A stretch of 64,000 nucleotides of DNA from an uncultured delta proteobacterium. Lineage in GTDB: Bacteria > Desulfobacterota > Binatia > UBA9968. Each line of letters opens with the position of its first letter. The stretch's first letter is position 1. The DNA lies in the NCBI GenBank assembly GCA_963745035.1, contig CAVUVW010000013.1:384001-448000 (forward strand). Reading direction: 5' to 3'. The translations under genes were made by a program, and so were the position numbers. Below the pieces are notes generated by a model. That model saw only the letters and a list, made by a program, of their open reading frames with translations, was not told the origin of the DNA and did not search any database. Of the stretch, positions 56,603 to 64,000 are shown piece after piece.

Positions 56603-56683
56603 AGCCAGCAATTACCAGGGAGGAGTCGCGGCGGTCAACTTTTTTCAGCTGGTTGCGTCACGGAATTACCGCGATTCGTAATC

Positions 56684-56712
56684 ATAGGGGCGGATTTGAA
56701 GCCCGGCCCTAC
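56684..56712. repeat. GTAG-type REP palindrome, degenerate
   Basis: ATAGGGGCGGATTTGAAGCCCGGCCCTAC. Confidence 0.6.
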
Positions 56713-56751
56713 CGGATAGCGGCGATTGCGTCACTTGGCAAGATTCAAAAT

Positions 56752-57840
56752 TCAGCGGCCACCGGCGAAAATCACCGCCAGCTCTTCGGGTGGAACGACT
56801 TCGAGTTGGGCGTAGGTGCACTCCTTCGGCTTCTTGTCCGTGCGCCAGCGGCGAAACTGTGCGGTGTGGCGGAAACGGTCGCCCTGCATGTGGTCGTAAG
56901 CGACTTCGACGACCAACTCGGGACGCAGAGGCTCCCAGGACAAGTCCTTGCCGCCGCTCCAGCGGCTGTGGCCGCCAGGCATGCGATGCGCGGTCTCACC
57001 ATCCCCTGATGCCTGCTCGGCCCAGTCGCTCCAAGGGTGGGCGGCGCGAGCGTTCTTCCGGTAAGGCTCCAAGAATTCCACCAGCTCGCGCCGCTTCTTG
57101 TCTGTGAAGCTCGCGCAGACGCCGACATGCTGCAACGCGCCGTTGTCATCGTAAAGCCCGAGCAGGAGGGAGCCGACGGCGCTCCGCTCGCCCCTCTTGT
57201 GCCAGCGAAACCCGGCGACGACACAATCGCAGTCGCGCTCGTGTTTGACCTTGAGCATCACGCGTTTATTGGGCTCGTAGGTTCCCGCTACCGGTTTGGC
57301 GACAACGCCATCGAGACCGGCGCCCTCGAAGCGGCGAAACCAATCGGTCGCTGTGCTCAATTCGCCGGTTGCCGGCGTCAGGTGAAGCGGGGGCGCCAGA
57401 GATGAGAGAAGAGATTCGAGCATGCGCCGGCGCTCTTGGAACGGCACGCCGCGCAGATCCCGCTCTCCCTCGCCGAGCAGATCGAAAAATACAATGGACG
57501 CCGGGATTTGCTTTGAAAGCAGCTTGATCCGCGAGGCGGCGGGATGAATACGGAGCTGCAAAGCGTCGAAGTCGAGCACGCCGTCCTGCGCAACGACGAT
57601 TTCCCCGTCAAGCACACAGCGGGACGGCAACTGTGAGCGGAGCGGCTCGAGTAGTTCTGGAAAATAGCGGTTCAGTGATTTTTCGTCGCGGCTCTGGATC
57701 AGCATCTCGTCGCGGTCGCGGAAAACCAGCGCACGGAACCCATCCCATTTCGGCTCGAAAATCCACGCTCCGGCTCTCGGCAGTTCGCCGATTCGCTTGG
57801 CGAGCATCGGCAGAACCGGTGGATTCACAGGAAGATGCAT
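56752..57840 (-). CDS. ligC: ATP-dependent DNA ligase (LigC-like)
   Basis: FEPKWDGFR, LDGEIV, AGLDGVVAK, KVKH and VEVAYD. Confidence 0.9.
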   Translation of the reverse strand: MHLPVNPPVLPMLAKRIGELPRAGAWIFEPKWDGFRALVFRDRDEMLIQSRDEKSLNRYFPELLEPLRSQLPSRCVLDGEIVVAQDGVLDFDALQLRIHPAASRIKLLSKQIPASIVFFDLLGEGERDLRGVPFQERRRMLESLLSSLAPPLHLTPATGELSTATDWFRRFEGAGLDGVVAKPVAGTYEPNKRVMLKVKHERDCDCVVAGFRWHKRGERSAVGSLLLGLYDDNGALQHVGVCASFTDKKRRELVEFLEPYRKNARAAHPWSDWAEQASGDGETAHRMPGGHSRWSGGKDLSWEPLRPELVVEVAYDHMQGDRFRHTAQFRRWRTDKKPKECTYAQLEVVPPEELAVIFAGGR

Positions 57841-57965
57841 ACCCCAGTCTACACCGCACCGCGCTCCATATCTACAATGGACGGATTCAGATTCGTTCGA
57901 AACGTTCCACGTTCGGATAATGGCGAGGCGTACCGAAAAAATGCCATCTGCATGGTGCAGAAGCT

Positions 57966-57994
57966 GTAGGGGCCGGTTTGAAACCCGCCCCTAC
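57966..57994. repeat. GTAG-type REP palindrome
   Basis: GTAGGGGCCGGTTTGAAACCCGCCCCTAC. Confidence 0.7.
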
Positions 57995-58040
57995 ATTCCA
58001 GAAGCAAACGATCGCGTAGTGCCCAAGGGCTTCCGCGACA

Positions 58041-59177
58041 TCACTTCGCGCTCTTCAGAAACGGCTTCCAGTTCCATTCGAAGTTCGCATCCGTGTACGC
58101 TTCGGATGGCATAAGCGAAGTCAGGCCGCGTTTGGCGAGCTCTCCTTCGAATTTTTCTCTCACCCACTTGTCCTCGTTGACGTACTCGATCTGATCTTTG
58201 GCGCGATCTTCGACTTTCTCGGCGTGGCCATGGAACTGCATCGGCGGATGTAGCGCGAGATAGCGCGCGGGCTCGCCGCCGGCGTTGAAATGCTGGTGGA
58301 ACCATTTGTTCGGCGGCACGAAGCAGCTCGCTTCGTGCCAGGGCACGACGACTTTGTCTTTTCCTTCTTCCCACATGATCGAGTAACCCTCGCCGACCGG
58401 AATGACGATCACCCGGCCCGGGCCGTGGCGGTGCGCCTTCTTGTATAGCCGTGCGTCGAAGACCGACATATGGCAGGACATTTCGGAATCGGGAAACTGA
58501 ATGTAAACACTCCGGCCGCCGGCGCCCCGCCGCGCGTTGCTGTCGAGCTTGTCCCAGGCGCGCATGTCAGGGAAAAAATTGCCGTACCAGTAGGCGCGCC
58601 GGCCCCAGGATTCGTCGAGATTGGCCTGCGAAACCATCTTGGCCTCGGAGTAGAAATCCATCTCGTTCTGGATATCCGCGCCTTCGTAATTATTGCCGAA
58701 GATGAAATTCACGTCGCGCACGCCGGAGAGAGTGAGCGGCATGTAGTTGTAATGGAGCAAGCGCACCGGCTTGTCGCCCTGCATGTTGGTGAACTGGTGG
58801 GTGTAGTTGTGCGGCACCAAAAACATGCTGTGCTTTTGCCACTCGAAAGTTTTCTTCGGCCGCTTTTCGCCGGCCCAGATAGTCGTGAGGCCGCGCCCTT
58901 CGACGACGTAGACAATCTCGTCGAGCGCGAACTTGAGCGGCGGCAAGGTCTTTCCCGCGGGAATCTCGGTGACCCGCGCTGAGGTGACGCCTTCCTGGCC
59001 GACGAGTTGAATGAAAGCGGAATTGCACTCGCGCGCCTTCCACCAGCCGAGCTCCAGGGTGCGCAAGTCCTCGATGTAATAGCCACGGTGAACGGGTATT
59101 CCCTGCGCCTCCATCCACTCGTCGTAGGTGTAATACTTGCTCCACATTTTCCGCTCGCCTTGCATCGCCTTGGACAT
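58041..59177 (-). CDS. Bicupin protein (gentisate dioxygenase-like fold), paralog 2
   Basis: EIVYVVEGRG; C-domain KKAHRHGPG and WFHQHFN. Confidence 0.85.
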   Translation of the reverse strand: MSKAMQGERKMWSKYYTYDEWMEAQGIPVHRGYYIEDLRTLELGWWKARECNSAFIQLVGQEGVTSARVTEIPAGKTLPPLKFALDEIVYVVEGRGLTTIWAGEKRPKKTFEWQKHSMFLVPHNYTHQFTNMQGDKPVRLLHYNYMPLTLSGVRDVNFIFGNNYEGADIQNEMDFYSEAKMVSQANLDESWGRRAYWYGNFFPDMRAWDKLDSNARRGAGGRSVYIQFPDSEMSCHMSVFDARLYKKAHRHGPGRVIVIPVGEGYSIMWEEGKDKVVVPWHEASCFVPPNKWFHQHFNAGGEPARYLALHPPMQFHGHAEKVEDRAKDQIEYVNEDKWVREKFEGELAKRGLTSLMPSEAYTDANFEWNWKPFLKSAK

Positions 59178-59246
59178 GACGCTCTTCCCTCCCAATGGAC
59201 TTTGGCCATTCATATCACCACCGTAAATTGAAACAAATTGCGGCCG

Positions 59247-60107
59247 CTATTTCGCCAGCACTACGAGGATCGTGCCGACCACCGTCAAGAGCGCGCCGGT
59301 GATGACCCGCAGATTGATCACTTCCAGGTCTCTCAAAAAAATTGCCGTGAAAAGCAACGTCAGCACCGGATTCGAGCTGACCAGCGGCTCGACGATGACC
59401 ACTTTGCCGTGGCTCAGCGCATAGAATACCGAGAGCATCGCCGCGGTGTTGATAAAGCCGGCGGGAAACAGCCAGGCGGCGCTTCGGCGGCTCAGCTTGA
59501 AGGCGACCTTGCCGCCTTGAACCTGCAACAGCGCGAATGAAAAGAGCGCCGCCGAGCCGGCCGTCACCGCTCCCGCCAACACCGGAATGGGGATTTGATC
59601 CAGGCCGGCCTTGCGGAGAATCGCCGAGGCGCCGAACGCCATGGCGCCGACCAACGGATAGATGACATCGAGCTTGCGCCACTCGCCCGTGGCCGGTTTC
59701 GAGAGCGACAGAACCATCGTGCCGCCGATCACGAGTAGGGTGCCGGCGATATTCTGCGGCACCCAAGCCTCGGCGAGAAAAGTCACGGCGAAGATCGACG
59801 CGAAGATCGGCGACGAGTTGGCGATCGGCACCGATCGAGCCACACCGATCTTCTCGATGCCCACGTAGCTCAGAGTGCGGCCGATGCCGGGAGCGAATAT
59901 TCCTGCGATGACGAAGATCAGCACGGCCGGCGACCACAAGGCCGAAAGCGGCGCGAAGAAGGGCACCAAGATCCACAACAGCACGGCGCTCATGGATAGT
60001 GAAATGAACGATCCGGTCATCGCGTTCGATTCGACCAGGCCGCGGCGTATGAGAATATGCGCGATGGAAAAACAGAGCGCGCCCTGAAACGAAAAATAGA
60101 TATCCAT
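59247..60107 (-). CDS. DMT/EamA family transporter
   Basis: Two EamA repeats; GVARSVPIANSSPIF and VEPLVSSNP. Confidence 0.88.
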   Translation of the reverse strand: MDIYFSFQGALCFSIAHILIRRGLVESNAMTGSFISLSMSAVLLWILVPFFAPLSALWSPAVLIFVIAGIFAPGIGRTLSYVGIEKIGVARSVPIANSSPIFASIFAVTFLAEAWVPQNIAGTLLVIGGTMVLSLSKPATGEWRKLDVIYPLVGAMAFGASAILRKAGLDQIPIPVLAGAVTAGSAALFSFALLQVQGGKVAFKLSRRSAAWLFPAGFINTAAMLSVFYALSHGKVVIVEPLVSSNPVLTLLFTAIFLRDLEVINLRVITGALLTVVGTILVVLAK

Positions 60108-60115
60108 GAAGCTGC

Positions 60116-60976
60116 TTACCTCGCTGTGACCACGAGGACCGTGCCCGCGACCGTGAAGAGCGCCCCCAGGATGATGCGCCCGCTGAGCGTTTCAATCTGA
60201 CGGAGAAAAATACTGGTCCAGAGAATGGTCAGTAGCGGATTGCAGGCGACCACCGGCTCGACCCGCACGATCTGGCCGAGGTTGAGGGCGGCGAAGAAAG
60301 ACAGGATCGCTCCGGAATTGAGCACCGCGGCGGCGAACAGCCAGCGGCTGCTCTCTCGATGGAAGCGCAGTGCCGCTGTTCCGCCCCGGCATTGAATGAT
60401 GAACAACAAGGTCACGAACGCCGTGACGAGAGTCACCGCGGCCGCGAGCAGAGGCTCCGGAATTACGGTCAAGCCGGCCTTGCGCAAGTTGGTCGAAATC
60501 CCGAAGACCAGCGCGCCCAGAAGCGGATAGACGAGGTCCTTCTTCTGCCATGCGCGATCTTCCAGCTTGCCGGAGGAAAGAATCACCACGCCGACGATCA
60601 CCAAGAACGTCCCAACGATGTTTTGCAGGACCCAGCGCTCCCCCAGTAACAAAACCGCCAGGATCGAGGAGAAAATCGGCGAGGTATTGACGATCGACGA
60701 GGCGCGCGCGACGCCGAGCCGTTCCATGCCGATATAACCGAGGGTCTGGCCGATGGCCGGGGCGAATACGCCGCCCGCGATGAAATAGCCGACGTTCGGA
60801 TTGAGCAGGGAGGAAAGCGGAACAAAAACGACGAGGAGGAACCAGAAGATGACGGTGCTGGTGCCCAGCGAGATCAACGAGCCGGTGAGCGCATTGGACT
60901 GCAGCAGGCCGCGCCGGACGAATATATGGGTGATCGAAAACAGCAGTGCGGACTGGAGCGAAAAGTATTCGGCCAT
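60116..60976 (-). CDS. DMT/EamA family transporter, tandem paralog
   Basis: GVARASSIVNTSPIF and VEPVVACNP. Confidence 0.88.
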   Translation of the reverse strand: MAEYFSLQSALLFSITHIFVRRGLLQSNALTGSLISLGTSTVIFWFLLVVFVPLSSLLNPNVGYFIAGGVFAPAIGQTLGYIGMERLGVARASSIVNTSPIFSSILAVLLLGERWVLQNIVGTFLVIVGVVILSSGKLEDRAWQKKDLVYPLLGALVFGISTNLRKAGLTVIPEPLLAAAVTLVTAFVTLLFIIQCRGGTAALRFHRESSRWLFAAAVLNSGAILSFFAALNLGQIVRVEPVVACNPLLTILWTSIFLRQIETLSGRIILGALFTVAGTVLVVTAR

Positions 60977-60991
60977 GCGCGTGGTTGCAAC

Positions 60992-61017
60992 AAAAAGGGC
61001 CGCTTCGTCGCGGCCCC
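60992..61017 (-). terminator. Intrinsic terminator after the eutA-like gene
   Basis: Minus strand GGGGCCGCGACGAAGCGGCCCTTTTT. Confidence 0.75.
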
Positions 61018-61065
61018 TATCTGCCGAAATTGCGACCACGCTCGGTTTGCGCGGTCTCTGTTCGG

Positions 61066-62606
61066 TCAGTCCGCCTGGGTCGTGGGAAACATGAGCGACT
61101 TGACGGTGACTGGAATCACTTCCGTAATGCCCAGGCACTCGCCGATATCGATGTAGTCCAAGTCGCCGACTTCGATGCCGTCGATGGCGATGATGTCGCG
61201 CGTCACTTTGAATTCATCCCTCAGCATGCCGCCGAGCGACTTGGCGATGTCGAGGTCGAGGGTCAAATAGAGCGGGCACTTCGGATCGTCGGCGTCTTTG
61301 AGAATCTCGGCGACTCCTTCGGCAATGCGCCGCACCGATTGGTACGTCGGCACGCCGCTCACGTTGAGCGACAGCGCCAGGCCGGCGGTGAACTGGGTCA
61401 AGTCGAACTTGCGCAAGGATTGCTTGAGCGCGTCGCGTGACCGACTCGCCCTCGCGAATGGGCGCCTGAATCACCTTGAGGCCGTGCACCGGCAGGGCCT
61501 TTTCGTTGGAGACGTAGCTCGTGTTGCCGCTCGCCTGAATCGTATATTCGCCGGCGCCGATGACCGTGGCGCGGATGCCTTCGATCGGTTCGCGCAAAAC
61601 GTCCTTGGGCAGCTTCTTCAAATACTCGCGCATGTTCTTGCCGAGCACCGGACCGATGTCGCCATAGGCTTTCGGATCGCGATCGTAGACATGCTCGGAA
61701 ACGCCGCCGGAAAAAACGATGTGCTGCACCTGCTTGAAGCCTTTATAGTTGACGAAAGGCGGCGTGACCATGAGCGAGCTTGCCATCGGCGAGTTGGGTC
61801 CTTCCTCGATGATCTCGAAGAGGATCTTCGCCATGTAGGCGCCGAAGTCTTCTTTCATCTTGTCGTTGATCTGTCTGGCCCAGCTCGACTTTGTAGCCAA
61901 GCTCTTTCATCATCGTCCGCCCCGGATCTTCGATCCGCGTGATCTTGTCTTTTTCGTCGAAAGCGATCAGCCGAGCGCCAACGCTGATCGACGCCGTTTG
62001 GCTCACAACGCCGTCTTCGACCAGAGAAAACTTGGTGGTGCCGCCGCCCATGTCGACGTTGAGCACGGTTTTATGCTCGCTTTTGGACAGATCCACCGCG
62101 CCGCAGCCGTAGGCCGCGAGCAGCGCTTCGTGGTTGTGGCCCGCCGCGGCGCAGATAAATTTGCCGGAGTATTTGGCGAAGTTCTCGACGATCGGTTGGG
62201 CGTTTTCTTTCTTCAGCGCCTCGCCGGTGATGATCACTGCGCCGGTGTCGACGTCTTCGGGGGTTAACCCTGCGTCTTTGTAGGCTCCGTGAATGAAATC
62301 GTTCACCTTATCGGTGTCGATCTTGGTGGCCGAGGTATAAGGCGTCAGCATGATCGGCGAACGATAAAGCACCTCGCGGTTGGTGACTCTAAACTTGCCC
62401 GATAGCGACGCGCCCTCGCGCCGCAACGTAATCAAGGAAAAAATCAGATGCGAGGTCGAAGAGCCGATGTCGATGCCCACGCTCTTGAGCGAGAACATCT
62501 CCAGCCCTTCGATATCGGTGACGATCTCGTCTTCCTTGATGATGAAATTGTCGGGATGGTCGTGATCGTAAATATCGTCGTGCATGGTCTTGCCTCGGTC
62601 CGCCAT
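61066..62606 (-). CDS. EutA-like (ethanolamine ammonia-lyase reactivase family) ASKHA ATPase, frameshifts near 61875 and 61440
   Basis: SVGIDIGSSTSH, TGAVIITGEA, NVDMGGGTT, FSGGV, IRATVIGAG, DYIDIG and VPVTVKSL-like C-terminus. Confidence 0.85.
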
Positions 62607-62622
62607 TTTTTGCTTCCTTTAG

Positions 62623-62658
62623 AAAAAAGGAATCCCCGCTCGCTGGAGCGGGGATTCC
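62623..62658 (-). terminator. Intrinsic terminator between the bicupin and eutA-like genes
   Basis: Minus strand GGAATCCCCGCTC-CAGC-GAGCGGGGATTCC-TTTTTT. Confidence 0.85.
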
Positions 62659-62695
62659 ACAAACGACTTCTGGGAGATTTTCGCCGTTCTGGCTC

Positions 62696-63829
62696 TTACT
62701 GTTTGCCCATCGCTTTGGACCACTCGTAGTCCGGGTTGCTGTAGCACTCGGCCGGCATTTCGCTCTTGATGCCGCGCTTGGCCAGCTCGTCTTCGAACTT
62801 CTTGCGAATAAACGGATCTTCGCGCGGATACTCGATCTGGTCCTTGGCGCGGTCTTCGACCTTCTCCGCGTGGCCGTGAAACTGCATCGGCGGATGGAGC
62901 GCGAGATAGCGCGCCATGTCGCCGCCGGCGTTGAAGTGCTGATGGAACCATTTGTCCGGCGGCGTGATCATGCTGCATTCGTGCCACGGGCAAACGATCT
63001 TTTCCTTCCCCTCTTCCCACATGATCGAATATCCCTCGCCGGCCGGGATGATGATCGCGCGGCCCGGGCCATGGCGGTGCGCCTTCTTATAGGTCTTCGG
63101 CGCGAACACCGACATATGCGCGGTTAGCTCGGAATTCGGGAACTGCATGAACACGCTCTTCCCGCCGGCGCCGCGCCGCTCGTTGGCGTCGAGCTTGTTC
63201 CAGGCGCGCATGTCGGGAAAAAAGTTGCCGTACCAGAAAGCGCGCATGCCCAGGCCTTCATCGGCGTCCTTGGCCTGCACCATCTTGGCTTCGGAGTAGA
63301 AGTCGCCGTCCGCCACCGTGACTTTCGGCTCGTAGGGATTATTGAAATACATGTCCGGCTCCGGCAACGCGGACATCGCCATGGGCATGTAGCTGTAATG
63401 GAATATCCGGAGCGGCTTATCGCCCTGCATGTTGCTAAACACGTGCCAGTGATTGCGCGGCACGAGAAACATCGAATGCTCCTGCCACTCGAAGTTCTTC
63501 TTCGGCTTGCCCTCGCTCGCCCACACGGTGGTGAGACCGCGGCCGGCCAAGACATAAACGATTTCGTCGAGCGCAAATTTCACCGGCGGCAAGGATTTTC
63601 CCGGCGGAATTTCCGACACCCGCGACGCGCTCACGCCTTCCTGCCCGAGGAGCTGGATGAACGCCGATTTGCAGCCGCGCTCCTCCCACCACTCCAGTTC
63701 GATGGTGCGCAGATCTTCGATGAAGTAGCCGCGGTGAATCGGAATCCCTTTCGATTTCATCCAGCGATCGTAGGTAAATTCCTTGCTCCACATCGTGATG
63801 ACAGGTTCTTGTTTGGCGGTCTCGGCCAT
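62696..63829 (-). CDS. Bicupin protein, paralog 1
   Basis: EIVYVLAGRG; KKAHRHGPG and WFHQHFN; AGGAGG RBS. Confidence 0.85.
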   Translation of the reverse strand: MAETAKQEPVITMWSKEFTYDRWMKSKGIPIHRGYFIEDLRTIELEWWEERGCKSAFIQLLGQEGVSASRVSEIPPGKSLPPVKFALDEIVYVLAGRGLTTVWASEGKPKKNFEWQEHSMFLVPRNHWHVFSNMQGDKPLRIFHYSYMPMAMSALPEPDMYFNNPYEPKVTVADGDFYSEAKMVQAKDADEGLGMRAFWYGNFFPDMRAWNKLDANERRGAGGKSVFMQFPNSELTAHMSVFAPKTYKKAHRHGPGRAIIIPAGEGYSIMWEEGKEKIVCPWHECSMITPPDKWFHQHFNAGGDMARYLALHPPMQFHGHAEKVEDRAKDQIEYPREDPFIRKKFEDELAKRGIKSEMPAECYSNPDYEWSKAMGKQ

Positions 63830-63859
63830 AAAGCGTCCTCCTTAACTTTCTGTTCTTTT

Positions 63860-64000
63860 CTATCTTCTTGCTTCCCGGCTGGCAACCTGAAGCCTCGCGG
63901 CCGCTCGGCGCAGCGCCTCTTCGGCCGCCTGCCGCTCCTCATCCTCGTAGTTGGTCGCCGCCAAAGTTTTCTCGGCCTGCTCCTTGGCGTACTGCGACCG
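63860..64000 (-). CDS. atpC: ATP synthase F1 epsilon subunit, 3' end (partial)
   Basis: Manual translation RSQYAKEQAEKTLAATNYEDEERQAAEEALRRAAARLQVASREARR* matches the helical hairpin of the epsilon C-terminus. Confidence 0.7.
   Translation of the reverse strand, partial: RSQYAKEQAEKTLAATNYEDEERQAAEEALRRAAARLQVASREARR

Noticed and set aside
61066-62606. Canonical ethanolamine utilisation (eut) operon
   Set aside because: No eutB, eutC, eutH or shell-protein genes nearby; only the EutA-like ATPase is present.

Overview
GC-rich bacterial chromosome segment close to the origin of replication: mnmE-mnmG-parA-parB with two parS palindromes, and the 3' end of atpC at the right edge. The abundance of orphan NMT1/SsuA-type and TctC binding proteins, UbiD decarboxylases, an amidohydrolase, cupins and an LLM oxidoreductase suggests a Binatia/deltaproteobacteria-like soil organism (inference only). 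From left to right: catabolic genes (amidohydrolase, isochorismatase, UbiD, hybrid histidine kinase); a 2-oxoacid/acetoin dehydrogenase-like operon with an atypical M24 hydrolase and a TAXI-TRAP transporter; housekeeping genes (ileS-lspA, sigma54/NtrC-controlled amtB-glnA-glnB, ispH, csp, yyaL, parAB, mnmGE); an accessory region (secreted proteins, enolase-superfamily enzyme, DAHP synthase, Fic remnant, Prim-PolC/LigC pair split by a phage-like gene); and a bicupin/EutA-like ATPase/2x EamA/bicupin module with no eutBC, placed directly after atpC. That last module is the best candidate for an undescribed system. About 25 single-base frameshifts, including in essential-type genes such as mnmE, most likely reflect long-read errors, so split ORFs are reported as joined genes. 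Several families of small intergenic repeats are present (7- and 9-bp-period inverted arrays, GTAG REPs, and one palindromic element inserted in frame in a gene). No rRNA, tRNA, CRISPR array or intact transposase was recognised.
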